Source of the DNA: Sphaeroforma arctica JP610
Lineage: Eukaryota
Length of the DNA stretch: 37,108 bases
Assembly (NCBI RefSeq): GCF_001186125.1
Contig: NW_014040532.1
Span: 147,662-184,769, forward strand
Reading direction: 5' to 3'
The notes beneath the pieces were generated by a model. That model saw only the letters and a list, made by a program, of their open reading frames with translations, had not been told where the DNA came from and ran no database searches. Position numbers and translations under genes: made by a program. Positions within the stretch are counted from its first letter, which is position 1, and every line of letters begins with the position of its first letter. Shown here piece by piece: positions 25,894-35,935 of the stretch.

Positions 25894-28160
25894 TGAGTTG
25901 TATATATCCAGGTTGTGCCTTTACAGATAGGTATAGTTCAGTTACTACACTTCGGTTCATGCAAGTGCGTTGTGCTCCTGAATCTACTAGGGCATTGTAT
26001 GTGGTGCCATTGATTTGTATGTCTATGTGCAATCTCTGGTCGCGTGGATTCGGAAGTAAAGAGATGGGTTTGTAATCAATATCATTCGCATTTATTAACA
26101 ACGTTTCTTCATCAGTGTGTGCATTCACAATGTCTACCGTGTTTATCATGTTAGCTTCCGACCACCAAGCTTTTCATAGCTGTTCGCATATCTCTTCCAC
26201 CTTGTTGCCATTGGTAATGGCCAACTGGTCAACATGGACAGTTTGGTTCTGTTGCGCTGCTCGAGCTTCTGCCTTTAGACGATTGCTGTTCGCTTTGTTG
26301 GGACATTTGCTGAACGCATGTGGTGAGGGATTGACGCCACAGTGTGGACATGGTCGTGGACCTCGTGGTGCTGGTGTGTCAGTGGCCTGCCTTGCCCTCC
26401 TGGTGGACCTCCACCTCCTGGGGGGGCTCCACCTCTTGGTGGTCCCCCTCCTCTTGGTGGTCCTCCTCCTCTTGGTGGACCCCTTTGAAGTATGTCCAAT
26501 TTTAGGCGGGTGGCTCGTGGTTCATTAGCTAGTGCTTTTTTTGCTTGCTTGGCTTCCCGCTTGCGATTAGCTTGTGTTATTGTTGCTTGTCTGATCATGT
26601 CTTCAGTGAGTTCATGAAATACCTTCTCTGAGATGTCGGATAAGTGTCCACTACTCCCGTCTGGTTTTGTCTGAGCCTTGATTAGCTTGTCTGATTCTGC
26701 TTGCAAACCGTACATGACCAGTACCTGGTAACGTGATGCTTTGAGAAGTTGCCAATTTATAGCTTCTCTCTCCGTGCCCTTGTAACGTTTCTCCAACTCA
26801 AAAATTGTGCGACGCAATCGTGCTGCTCGTACTTCAACTACCACGCGAGTGTCATAGAAGTCGTTGAGCCACTTCTCTAGTAGATAGTCTACTGGAGTGC
26901 GACGTAGATTGTCAATGATTAATATATTGTAGTCCTCCACATCAGTGAAGTCTTGCCAGAGCTTTTTGGTACTACGTATATTGTTGAGTGCAGTACGCTA
27001 TACTTCAGTGGCATCCGAGTAGTTCTTGTACTAGTGAGAGGTACTGTATCAATGGCATGTTTGTGCCCGCAAACAAGTCTTTGGCTACAGATACAAACTC
27101 AATTGTATCACGACAATCAGCCATGCTGATCTGTTTGCCTATTGGCCACTTAGGGAATTCACTCATTTTGAGTAGTTTGTTCAGTTCTGGTTCTGAAGCT
27201 TTGTCCCCTTCGTGAGATCTAATTAGAGTTAACTCGCTCATAAAGCCACTGATCGCAATACACTCATCGTGATCACTTTTGTCACAGTTCTTCATCGCTT
27301 TATTGTATATCTCTACTAACCACTTATCTATTACTGGAACTAAACGTTTGGGTTGTTGTTCATGGACTGCTTTGCGCAGTTTGTGGAACGCTCTGATGTC
27401 AATGGGATCGTCCGCTGCTTGTGCATACAACTTGCCTACTAGTATGTCTACTATGTAGTAGTTGCTGTCATGGATAGTCTTATCCAAGACTATGTAGTAC
27501 TTACTCATCGCCGGATCCATTGGAGATCTTGCTGGTGTGGACTCATCGTCCATCTGCATCGCTCTATCCCCATTGTGTGGGGTAGATGTGCGTGACGATG
27601 CTTGTGAGACTGGCATTGTGCTTGTTGCTACTGATCTTGTGTTAGCAGTGCGACTTGTGCTCCCTCGTGTGTGTGTACGGCTTGAGCTTACTTGTGTGCG
27701 TAGGCACCTCCATGCTGCGCATGTTCGTTGGTATGGCGCAGACGTCATTGACTGTTCTGCGTGCGGATTGTGTGGGGTTTGGTTAGGATGTATATGTAGT
27801 GCATCAGTAACCATTGTTTTCTTTGTGCATTAGTACATTGGTTGAATCAGATTTGTTGATTACCTGTATCTGCGTCCCCTTGTGGCATGCGATGTCCGTG
27901 CTGATTGCAGGGCCATGTGCTTGTGTGGCTTGAATTGCTCGTGTTCGAATTACCTGGGTTTGTTTGGTGAATTTTTGGTTTGAGACGATAAACTTGGGTT
28001 TATGATGGTTTATCGGTTGTAAACCTGATTTCTCTTGTAACTTGGCTTCTGGAATTATAAACCTGTAATTCAGTTTTATAAGTTTTTATTTTATATTCTG
28101 TTTTATTTGAGCCTCGGTGGTGTTCCGAACTTCTCGTCATTTATGACTTTGAATTTTTCA
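25894..28160 (-). mobile_element. Ty3/Gypsy copy A: leader, gag (frameshifted, CCHC knuckle) and N-terminal aspartic protease, truncated
   Basis: Protease ALVDSGA. Zinc knuckle CPHCGVNPSPHAFSKC at 26350-26303. The gag peptides align with copy B (EPELNKLLKMSEFPK vs EPALSKLLKTREFPK; IIDNLRRTPVDYLL vs IIDRLIHHRVDYLL; TDEETLLINA vs TDEETLLTNA). Confidence 0.88.
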
Positions 28161-28169
28161 GAAGAGATA

Positions 28170-29990
28170 TGATTTTAGCTGCCTTCTATGTTCGTACACA
28201 ATTTCAGTCTGAAGTGTACCTTTGTAATACCCTTTTGTATACGTGTAGTATTCTTTGTACCCCCCTCTCTTTGTACATCTATGTTTGTGATGCTTGTTGG
28301 TTTCTTATGAGTTGTCGGTTGTACTGCTGTGCTTGTGTATGCTTGTGTAGGCCTTGTGATCGTGTGTGTATGTTTATAATTTTTGGTTATATGAATTGCA
28401 ATCAATTGTTGGTGGTTCTATTTATTCTCACCTGTGTTATTCGTGCACTTGGTATTGTGCGGTCATGTGTTATTCGTGCACTTGGTATAGTGCGGGCAGA
28501 TGTGCCGTGTATGCGTATCACTTCTCACATGTTGAGTTTGTATTATGCATGTCCTTAACTTGGTGTACAATGGTTTCTTATTAATATATGTCTAGGTTGT
28601 GGACCACGTGAATGCTTTTAGTGATGTGCTTGTGAATTGCTTCAATGGTGTGTTTGTTAAGAGCTTCTTGTCTTGGGCAGTGTTTCTGCTACTAATATTG
28701 TTTTTAGCTGTCTTGTACTTATTGAATTGGTTGTTCACTTTTAGTTGTCACTGGTCTAATTCCTTGTGATTTCCACTGTATTTGAATTGTAGATGTATAG
28801 AAGTGATTTCACTTAACGTCGGTATTATACCTTCGTATTTAGTATCACGTCGAGTCTGTCTTTGTCGTTGAGATATGCTTATTATGATTGTTATCTTATA
28901 GGTGGTGTGCCTATGGATTGTTACTGTATAGTTGGTGTTCCTATGTGTATTGTGATTTTGTGATCTTCCTCGTCGATTTCGATTCAGATGTCTTGTGTGG
29001 TGTGCGAATTTGACTGTATTCTCTTTGAATGGGTCAGATCGTCTTGTTCTTTTCTGTATCGCCTTTACACCGTTGTCTATTTGTTTAAATAAGCTCCGTA
29101 CTGTGTAATGCTTGTCTTATCTCTATGGTGTTGGTGTGAGATCAGCTATTAGGATTGAGTTGTACACGCGTATACCTCGCTTGTTCTGGGTTGTAATATC
29201 CTTTATCTAGCCTGTGGGTGTTACATTTGTGTTTATCACTTCTTAGTGTTTTCAGGCTTCCTTGTACTTACTTGGTTTTAACTATTAACCATCTGTTTTT
29301 AGTGATTGTGATCAATTGTGTAGATCTGATTTGTTCGTGCTCTAATCGTATTGTTGTGAAGTTCTTAACTGTTTAGTTAACTCGTGGTTTTAGTTATTAT
29401 TCTACCCAGTTTGTTGTTCATAAAATTACTTGTGCGATTTCAAGTTTATATTCTATTTGCGGCCTTGGTCTGTGTACATGCATATGCATTTATTGCTCGT
29501 GCCTTTATACACAACACCACTCTGTTGATTCTTTAAGCATGTAAATATGGTTATAGTCTTGGTGTTTGTTTTGTGTGTTTAGGTGAGGTTCATCAGTCTT
29601 GTGTGATCTCACTGATTTAGACTTTTACCTTATCTTTGAACCTAATGTTGGTGGTCGATATTTGTGGAATGTGTGTGCACGTGCGTCTTGTGTGCTAGTT
29701 TATATATTCCTTTTTGTACTGTGCTTCCTGTCTGACTCACTATCTTGTTTCTTTCTCAACATTGATAAAAAAATCACCTCGACACTTTTCTATTTTTATT
29801 TTATTTTAGAACTTCCCTTCTTCTTCTCTTGTCTGAAGTTCTTTCTCCGCAGTGGGGTACCTTCCGCCTTTCTTGGGCCCCTCGTAGTTCTTATTCCAAC
29901 TTCTAATAAAGTTTTTGCTAGGCCCACTTTGGCACTTCTCTTTCTCGGTGCCTTTTGGGTTAATGATTCTTCCTTAGCTGGTTGACTTAC
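28170..29990 (-). mobile_element. Possible heavily decayed LINE remnant (basic ORF tail plus APE-like endonuclease)
   Basis: A/C-rich minus strand. Scattered APE-like motifs appear in the expected order across frames: IRVYN and ILIADL at ~29150, AFTW..LD/HILI at ~28600, and VRSD-H at ~28520. The spacing is irregular. Confidence 0.3.
28433..28495. repeat. 33-bp tandem duplication
   Basis: tgtgttattcgtgcacttggtat(t/a)gtgcgg at 28433 and 28466. Confidence 0.9.
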
Positions 29991-30013
29991 CGTGGTAAGG
30001 ATATTGTTAAAAA

Positions 30014-30340
30014 TGTAGAGTTTGAGAGTGGCTGATAAGACACGACCAGAAAAAACAATAGACCTCTTCTCAAGTACGAATCCTACAGCTAGGTGAAGTC
30101 CTCAGCTGAAGGACTCGCATTGAGTCTTTATTTGTGTTTAGTATTTTCTACACTAGACTCAATATTTACTTAAGTGTTTCTCTCACATGCGGGGGTCCCG
30201 GTATCATCTACCGGTAGTCCCGCTATATTTCTGATCACTATCATCAGAAATATTAGATCCTAGATCTAAAACTCAGTATTTGATTCTCCTGGGTTTTGGG
30301 TTTAGGATTAGCTTTTCTGATAATCTGGCCCCTGGATGCT
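30014..30340 (+). repeat. LTR-like terminal repeat (starts TGT) plus PBS-like TGGCCCCTGGATGCT of Gypsy copy B
   Basis: Homologous in reverse complement to 35865-36190 (e.g. tcttctcaagtacg, cagctagg, atatttctgat, tgataatctgg). Similarity ends at TGT in both, and the repeat lies upstream of gag. Confidence 0.75.
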
Positions 30341-32759
30341 ACAAAAATCACATATGACGAAATACGTCGAGTCAAAAACACGTGTGACAAATTAAAAATA
30401 AAACAACAACAAACACATACACTCTCACTTAAGGGACAACAAGCTGCCGATTGATACACATCAGTAGATACTCCAAAAGGAAATGCAGCAACGTGCAGTA
30501 CCAACAAAGGCACATAAAATAAAGCGAATATACGTAAGTTATGAGTAAAGACAAGGGGGGTGAAGCGTTTATTAATAACGAATATAATACAGGTCTTTGC
30601 TAATGACTCGCAACGCTTACACGTGTACACAGATAACTCAAGATGCCAACAGCAACCAGGGCAGGGGTGTATAGTGGAGACGGGAATTACACCAAAATAC
30701 AGGGTATGGATAATCGACCGGCGGGGGACTCAACCCCAGGTAGTAGCCCGAGTCTACAGACGCCTAACGGGGTACTAATTCAGGCGTCAACAATGCTTTT
30801 AGAAATAGACAAAAGTATTTGTCATAGCAATTAATTCACGATCAGTAGGTTCATTTCCAAGCTAGAGTCAACAGCACAAGTAGCCATCGCAAGTCTGTAC
30901 AAGTGAGAGTAGGCATTCATGATCAGCAACCTGAGCGTCGCATGCCCCTGATAGACACAGAAATCAGAAAGAGATACGATCAAGCCATCAATGCATGTGG
31001 GGACGACGAAGAGGATGAAGTAATCATAATTAGTCAATTGATTAGTGAGCTAGAGATCACATACGTTCACATTTATGTAGGTGATAAGGTCAATGAACCA
31101 GCGTTATCTAAACTACTAAAGACCAGAGAATTTCCGAAGTTATCGAGAGATAGTTCTTTCAAAATGAAAAATTGTAAAAGCATTTCAGAGTTTACACACT
31201 ACGCAGTGCAGAGACCTGTCCTTAGCCAAGTACATGCCAATATGTCAGTATTCAGCACTCGTGACATCTCGATTAGATTCCACAGATGCAAATGAGTAGA
31301 CCAATGGGTTTCTCAATGAGATACATGACTCAGAGACACAGATCACAAATCACTACACAGCTCTAAGCCATTAATATAATTATCATTGACAGACTAATTC
31401 ACCACCGTGTAGACTATCTACTATATAAGTTCTTCAATAAAGTAGAAGTGCGCACAGAGCGCATACATAGAACAAGTTCACGTGCAACTACTCAAAGTAG
31501 TAAGGTATAAGGCACTCGCGTACTATGGCCAGCAAGACAAGGTAGACACAATCATTTAAAGCAAACAAGTTGCCTGATGCAAGTGACGATCACTTATCAA
31601 ACATAAAACAAAATGTGTTCTATTTACTTGCAGGCAAGGTATAGGAAGCCGATGGTTTAAAAAGCGTAAGAGATACCACTCACGCGCACCAAATAACGAA
31701 CACGGCTACGCGCAGTCAAACACAAAGTACTGCACCACCAGTCCATAAGCGTCACAGATAAAGTAATGGCGCACCAAGACAAACCATTGCAATGAGACAA
31801 CCCCGAGAGCAGAAAGGGGCACGCGAGACAAGGGGTTGTCCATATTATTGTAAGGTAACACCGGCTCCACATTGCTTTGGGTAATGTCCTATGAAGGAAG
31901 CAAATCAGACCAAGAAGTCTGAAGAACGTGCCAAGAGTGATGTACTCTTGTCACGCCTATCCATTACCACAGGAAAAATAGAAGAGCTAACATATAGCAA
32001 TGAGTCCTGAAACAACTGGTGGGCGGAAGCAAACTTGATGACCTGGCAGACAGGTCAAATGTAAATACGGATGAAGAAACGTTGTTAACAAATGCGAGTG
32101 GTATAATACCAATCTTTATCCTTGCTTCCCGCACCACGAGATCAATAACTACACATTGGCATACAAATAAATGGTAATACATACAAGGCACTCGTAGACT
32201 CAGGCGCACAACGCTAAAGTATGGACAAAAGTAGAGTAACAGAACTATACCCATCAGTAAGAGCACAACCCGGCTACATACAATTGGCACAAACAGATGG
32301 AAGAATACAAAGAACATGATCCAAAGAAGTATGGAGGAAGGAAAACTTCCCAGTGTTTCGAAGTGTTGGACCTATAACCATACCAGACAACAAGGCACCA
32401 ATAGTTCTAGGTAAGGATCTTCTTCCATACATAACATGTATATTTATAACGGGGCTAATAAATCCACTTATACCGACAGATGCAAAATGCGAATCACTCC
32501 TCACTTCACATGAGGAAGACCCGGAACATGAACAAGAAAGGTATACCGAGTCACTTGCAAGTACCAGCAAATCAAAGCAATGTCAGACAAAAGAGGCATA
32601 TCAAAGTCAACCTCGTACTACAAAAATACAAGCCACAAACCGATGAAAATGTGCACAGGTAGCTCACAGATGGTCACATATACAAATCTACAACACCAAC
32701 AACAGTGAACTTGCCATTGTTATCAACAGGGGAACATGACCAAACAGCTGTCCTCAAGT

Positions 32760-33300
32760 AATTAAGAACATATTTAAATTTACGAGAGACAAATGCCAAT
32801 AAGAGCTAGACAAATTTAGCTACCAAAAATAAGATGTATTACGCAACCTATAAGGAGAACAGTACAACTTCTCGAAATTAGGTCTCACGGGAGGTTTCCA
32901 CCACTTCCTAGTAAATGAAGCAAGCAGATACTTCTTCACATGCGAGGAGCGCAATACTTATTCAAGTCAGCGCCATTTGGTCTTCATTCACTCACAGTAC
33001 AATTCCGCTCATAGACAGCAAAGGAGTACAGGTGTGCGTGGATGACATAGTCATTGCAAATATAACAGAAGAAAATCATTGCAAGACAGTACGTAAAGTA
33101 GTCTTGCGATAGAACGAAGAAAATTTCCGACTCAACCACGACAAATGTGCAATTGTGGTCAAAGTAGTCAACGTCCTAGGGGTGAAAGTCACCACATAAG
33201 GAATTAAAGCTGGTCCTGCAAAACATAAAAGAATGTTGGACTAGTCACTACCCAGAACCAAATGAGATCTACGGCAAATTCCATGTGTTACTATGTCCCC
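32760..33300 (+). pseudogene. Gypsy reverse transcriptase domain (degenerate)
   Basis: FSKLGLTGGFHHFLV; FKSAPFGL; VQVCVDDIVIANITEENHCKTVRKVVLR*NEENFRLNHDKC...VNVLG. Confidence 0.9.
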
Positions 33301-33444
33301 AACTTTGCCTACACCACTAAACATTTCTGCAACCTAGTGAAGGCAAACCGAATTAGAATATATATGTTATAGACACCGGTACTGAATAAAGAGTAGGAAG
33401 AGCTCAAAGAAGCCATCGCATGCTAGCATACCCAGTTGATGGAG

Positions 33445-33775
33445 TATTGTTTCAAATCATAACCGATGCCATTGACTATGGCATAGGAGTGGAGTAAGAA
33501 GAGACATTCTCAAAGGCTTAAACTCAGTCCAACAACCCTATGGCACAAACACAAGGAGCTACTAGCACTGGTATACTGTCTGGAACATTTCTCCGAATAC
33601 ATCAAAGGAGGGAACATAACACTTTGGACGGATCATAAAACACTCCCGCAAATAAACAGCCAACAGACGTTACACCCAATGCTAGCCAAATGGTTAGCTG
33701 AAATATTCTACCCATTTCTTCATTATACATGCCCCAGGCAAGGATAGCCAGATGGCAAATATGTTGTCGCGTCTA
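33445..33775 (+). pseudogene. Gypsy RNase H domain (degenerate)
   Basis: FQIITDAIDYGIG; KELLALVYCLEHFSEYIKGGNITLWTDHKTL; LAKWL; HAPGKDSQMANMLSR. Confidence 0.92.
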
Positions 33776-33894
33776 CACAAAGACACATACAATACCAAAA
33801 CATTCAGAGGCAAAAAAAAAAACGCAAAAACAACAACATACAACAGCCAAGAGTACACCACCTTGGAAACAAACATGCCAGTAACCATATTAGC

Positions 33895-34260
33895 CATAGA
33901 CTGGAAGTTACAATCCCAGTTTCCATAAAGAAGCTGAAAGACAATTTGAAAAATTCACATTAGATCTGTTTGCATCGGCACACAATGCACACACATAAAT
34001 ACTACACACAAAAACAGAATGTAATTCTACAAACATGGGCGCAGGAAGTAAATGCATGGGCAACCCAATGTCCTTGACAGAGTCATTGAAGAGGCAACCA
34101 GCATCACATTATGTTTTCCATATTACCCAAATGCAACGTACTTCCCTAAATTTCTGTCCTTGTTAGAAGATCCGACTTTATTGGAAAACACGAACAACAC
34201 GTTCCTCAAAGAAGGCACGAAAGCATGCGGTAAGACCCCATGTGGGGCGTCACATTTGTG
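33895..34260 (+). pseudogene. Dam-like (DIRS-type) N6-adenine DNA methyltransferase domain (degenerate)
   Basis: DWKL / FHKEAERQFEKFTLDLFASAHNAH / KYYT...LQTW...NAW / NP / VLDRVIEE..ITLCFPYYPNATYFPKFLSLL, where slashes mark frameshifts. This matches the DIRS MTase consensus DWxL..F..xDLFAS..N..Y...W...NPP..VL.K...L..P.W...W.P.L. Confidence 0.8.
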
Positions 34261-34379
34261 GCCAGATAGGAACCAAATCCTCATACTTTGACACAAGACA
34301 GGAACAGCTTTAGAATTCCTAGGGTAGCCATACACGTCTCAGCATCCTAAACAGCAAACATTAGGGATGTGTCAAACGA

Positions 34380-35150
34380 GTCCGAATATGAGGCACAGGT
34401 CCACACCATCGAGCAATACCACAATCTGGGGCACTACGCACCACGAGGAACGGTAAGTAAAATTGGCTACGAATTTAACATGTACACATATGCATCGAGT
34501 GATGTGTACCGTGTCTCAAGAACAAAAATCACAAACAAACAAAAAAGGCCTCCATCCCCTACACCCAGGCGACAAAACCACTATAGCAAAAACGATATCA
34601 ATTGTGACCATGTATTTCCACAAATTACACAAACAGACCCAAGCTGAGTATTTTAATGATATACTTTCAAAAGTCATTGAACACGTGCCGATCACAACAC
34701 TTAGTCTCTCCCCTGTACCAACTCAAAGTCTTTAGAGACCTCATACCATTGTTAAGGAAATCTGTTGAGCAAAACCCAGGCATGAGGCAACTGGTGTTCT
34801 TGCCTCCCGTTCGTACAAATAGGTCACAATAGATTTAAAAACTACAAATAAATAATGGTGTTGCGCAATATCAAGAAGAAAAGAAATAGACAGCATATTA
34901 CCAAAAATATTAAAAGGAGTATGTACCCTTCTAGTAATGGGACATTGTATAGGTCTGTTGTTAAGGTGAAATGAATAAAATGACAGCACCATATGGCGGG
35001 CCATACAAAATAGGAAGCAAAGAGAGAAATATATATTTGTCTGTAACATTGATCGAACTAAAGCAACGAAATATCCTTACCTGATCAGTGATGAATTAAT
35101 TGGACTCATAGACACAAGGCCAGTGCTTTGGGAGAAATCACTTCCAATAG
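34380..35150 (+). pseudogene. DDE integrase remnant (HHCC zinc domain, decayed core, GPY module)
   Basis: EQYHNLGHYAPRGT (H-x3-H), then CVPCLKNK at ~34504, YPSSNG at ~34925 (cf. YHPQSNG) and YGGPYKI at ~34995. The catalytic D,D,E residues could not be placed. Confidence 0.7.
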
Positions 35151-35171
35151 CCAATGTGAATACAACCATCC

Positions 35172-35330
35172 GAGGAGACTCAGTTCTCCTCAATACTCAA
35201 CAACAGGCCGTCCATCCAAGGTGATGGATTCCAGGAGTACCTATTGCAATGGACGGATGGGTAGCGTACCTGGACGCATAAATTAAACATTGCAGATGCT
35301 GATGTTCTTGCACTATACCGACAACGCACT
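35172..35330 (+). pseudogene. Chromodomain at the integrase C-terminus (one in-frame stop)
   Basis: Single frame reading EETQFSSILNNRPSIQGDGFQEYLLQWTDG*RTWTHKLNIADADVLALYRQR, compared with the chromo consensus E.EVEKIL..R....EYLVKW.G...TW...NL....LI..F/Y. Confidence 0.72.
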
Positions 35331-35768
35331 CAACGCCAAAGGCAACGAGCAGGGATGAACGGTCAGCGAGCAACGGAAAGCGCATGCACGCACGAGGCAG
35401 GGAACTTAATTAAGTCTCACTCATACCAAGGGACACTCCCACATTTCTCGCCTTGAAGTTTGCTCAGCGCACACGCCAGAGGGATAAGGATCAAAGACTC
35501 GGTTGTAGAGCCGCCATTGACATTCGTTTTCCTAAGTCAAGTTGGGATCAACCGAGAGCACAGGTCAAGACTGACTCCGATGAGCGTGGTTGAGGACTCC
35601 CGTCATAGGATAATTAATGGGTTAGGTAATATGTAAAAACATGTATTGGTGACAGGGTTTTCATCTTAACCACGTAAGGGACATTTTTTATCCTGTACAA
35701 AAAAACCAACCTCTAGATAGTTTAGTATTGCAACATGCAACTTTTCGCAGGCTCAGACGTACAAAGTT

Positions 35769-35935
35769 GGGGGTTTTTAGCATCTGGGACCAGATTATCA
35801 AAAATACAGTTCCAAAACCAAAACCACAGAATCATCAAATACCGAGTTTTGAGCTGGGGGTTTTTAGCATCTGGGACCAGATTATCAAAAATACAGTTCC
35901 AAAACCAAAACCACAGAATCATCAAATACCGAGTT
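35769..35935. repeat. 87-bp near-perfect tandem duplication covering the LTR inner end and the PBS-like motif
   Basis: catctgggaccagattatcaaaaatacagttccaaaaccaaaaccacagaatcatcaaataccgagtt at 35781 and 35868. Confidence 0.95.

Larger units (their letters stand above)
30014..35400 (+). mobile_element. Ty3/Gypsy chromovirus-like copy B, decayed: gag-PR-RT-RH-Dam-like MTase-INT-chromodomain
   Basis: Motifs read across frameshifts and stops in Gypsy order. Knuckle CPYYCKVTPAPHCFG*C (31837); ALVDSGA (~32190); RT FSKLGLTGGFH, FKSAPFGL, VCVDDIVIA, LNHDKC; RH ITDAIDYGIG, KELLALVYCLEHF, WTDHKTL; INT HNLGH...CVPC, YPSSNG, YGGPY; chromodomain EYLLQW..TW. Confidence 0.9.
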
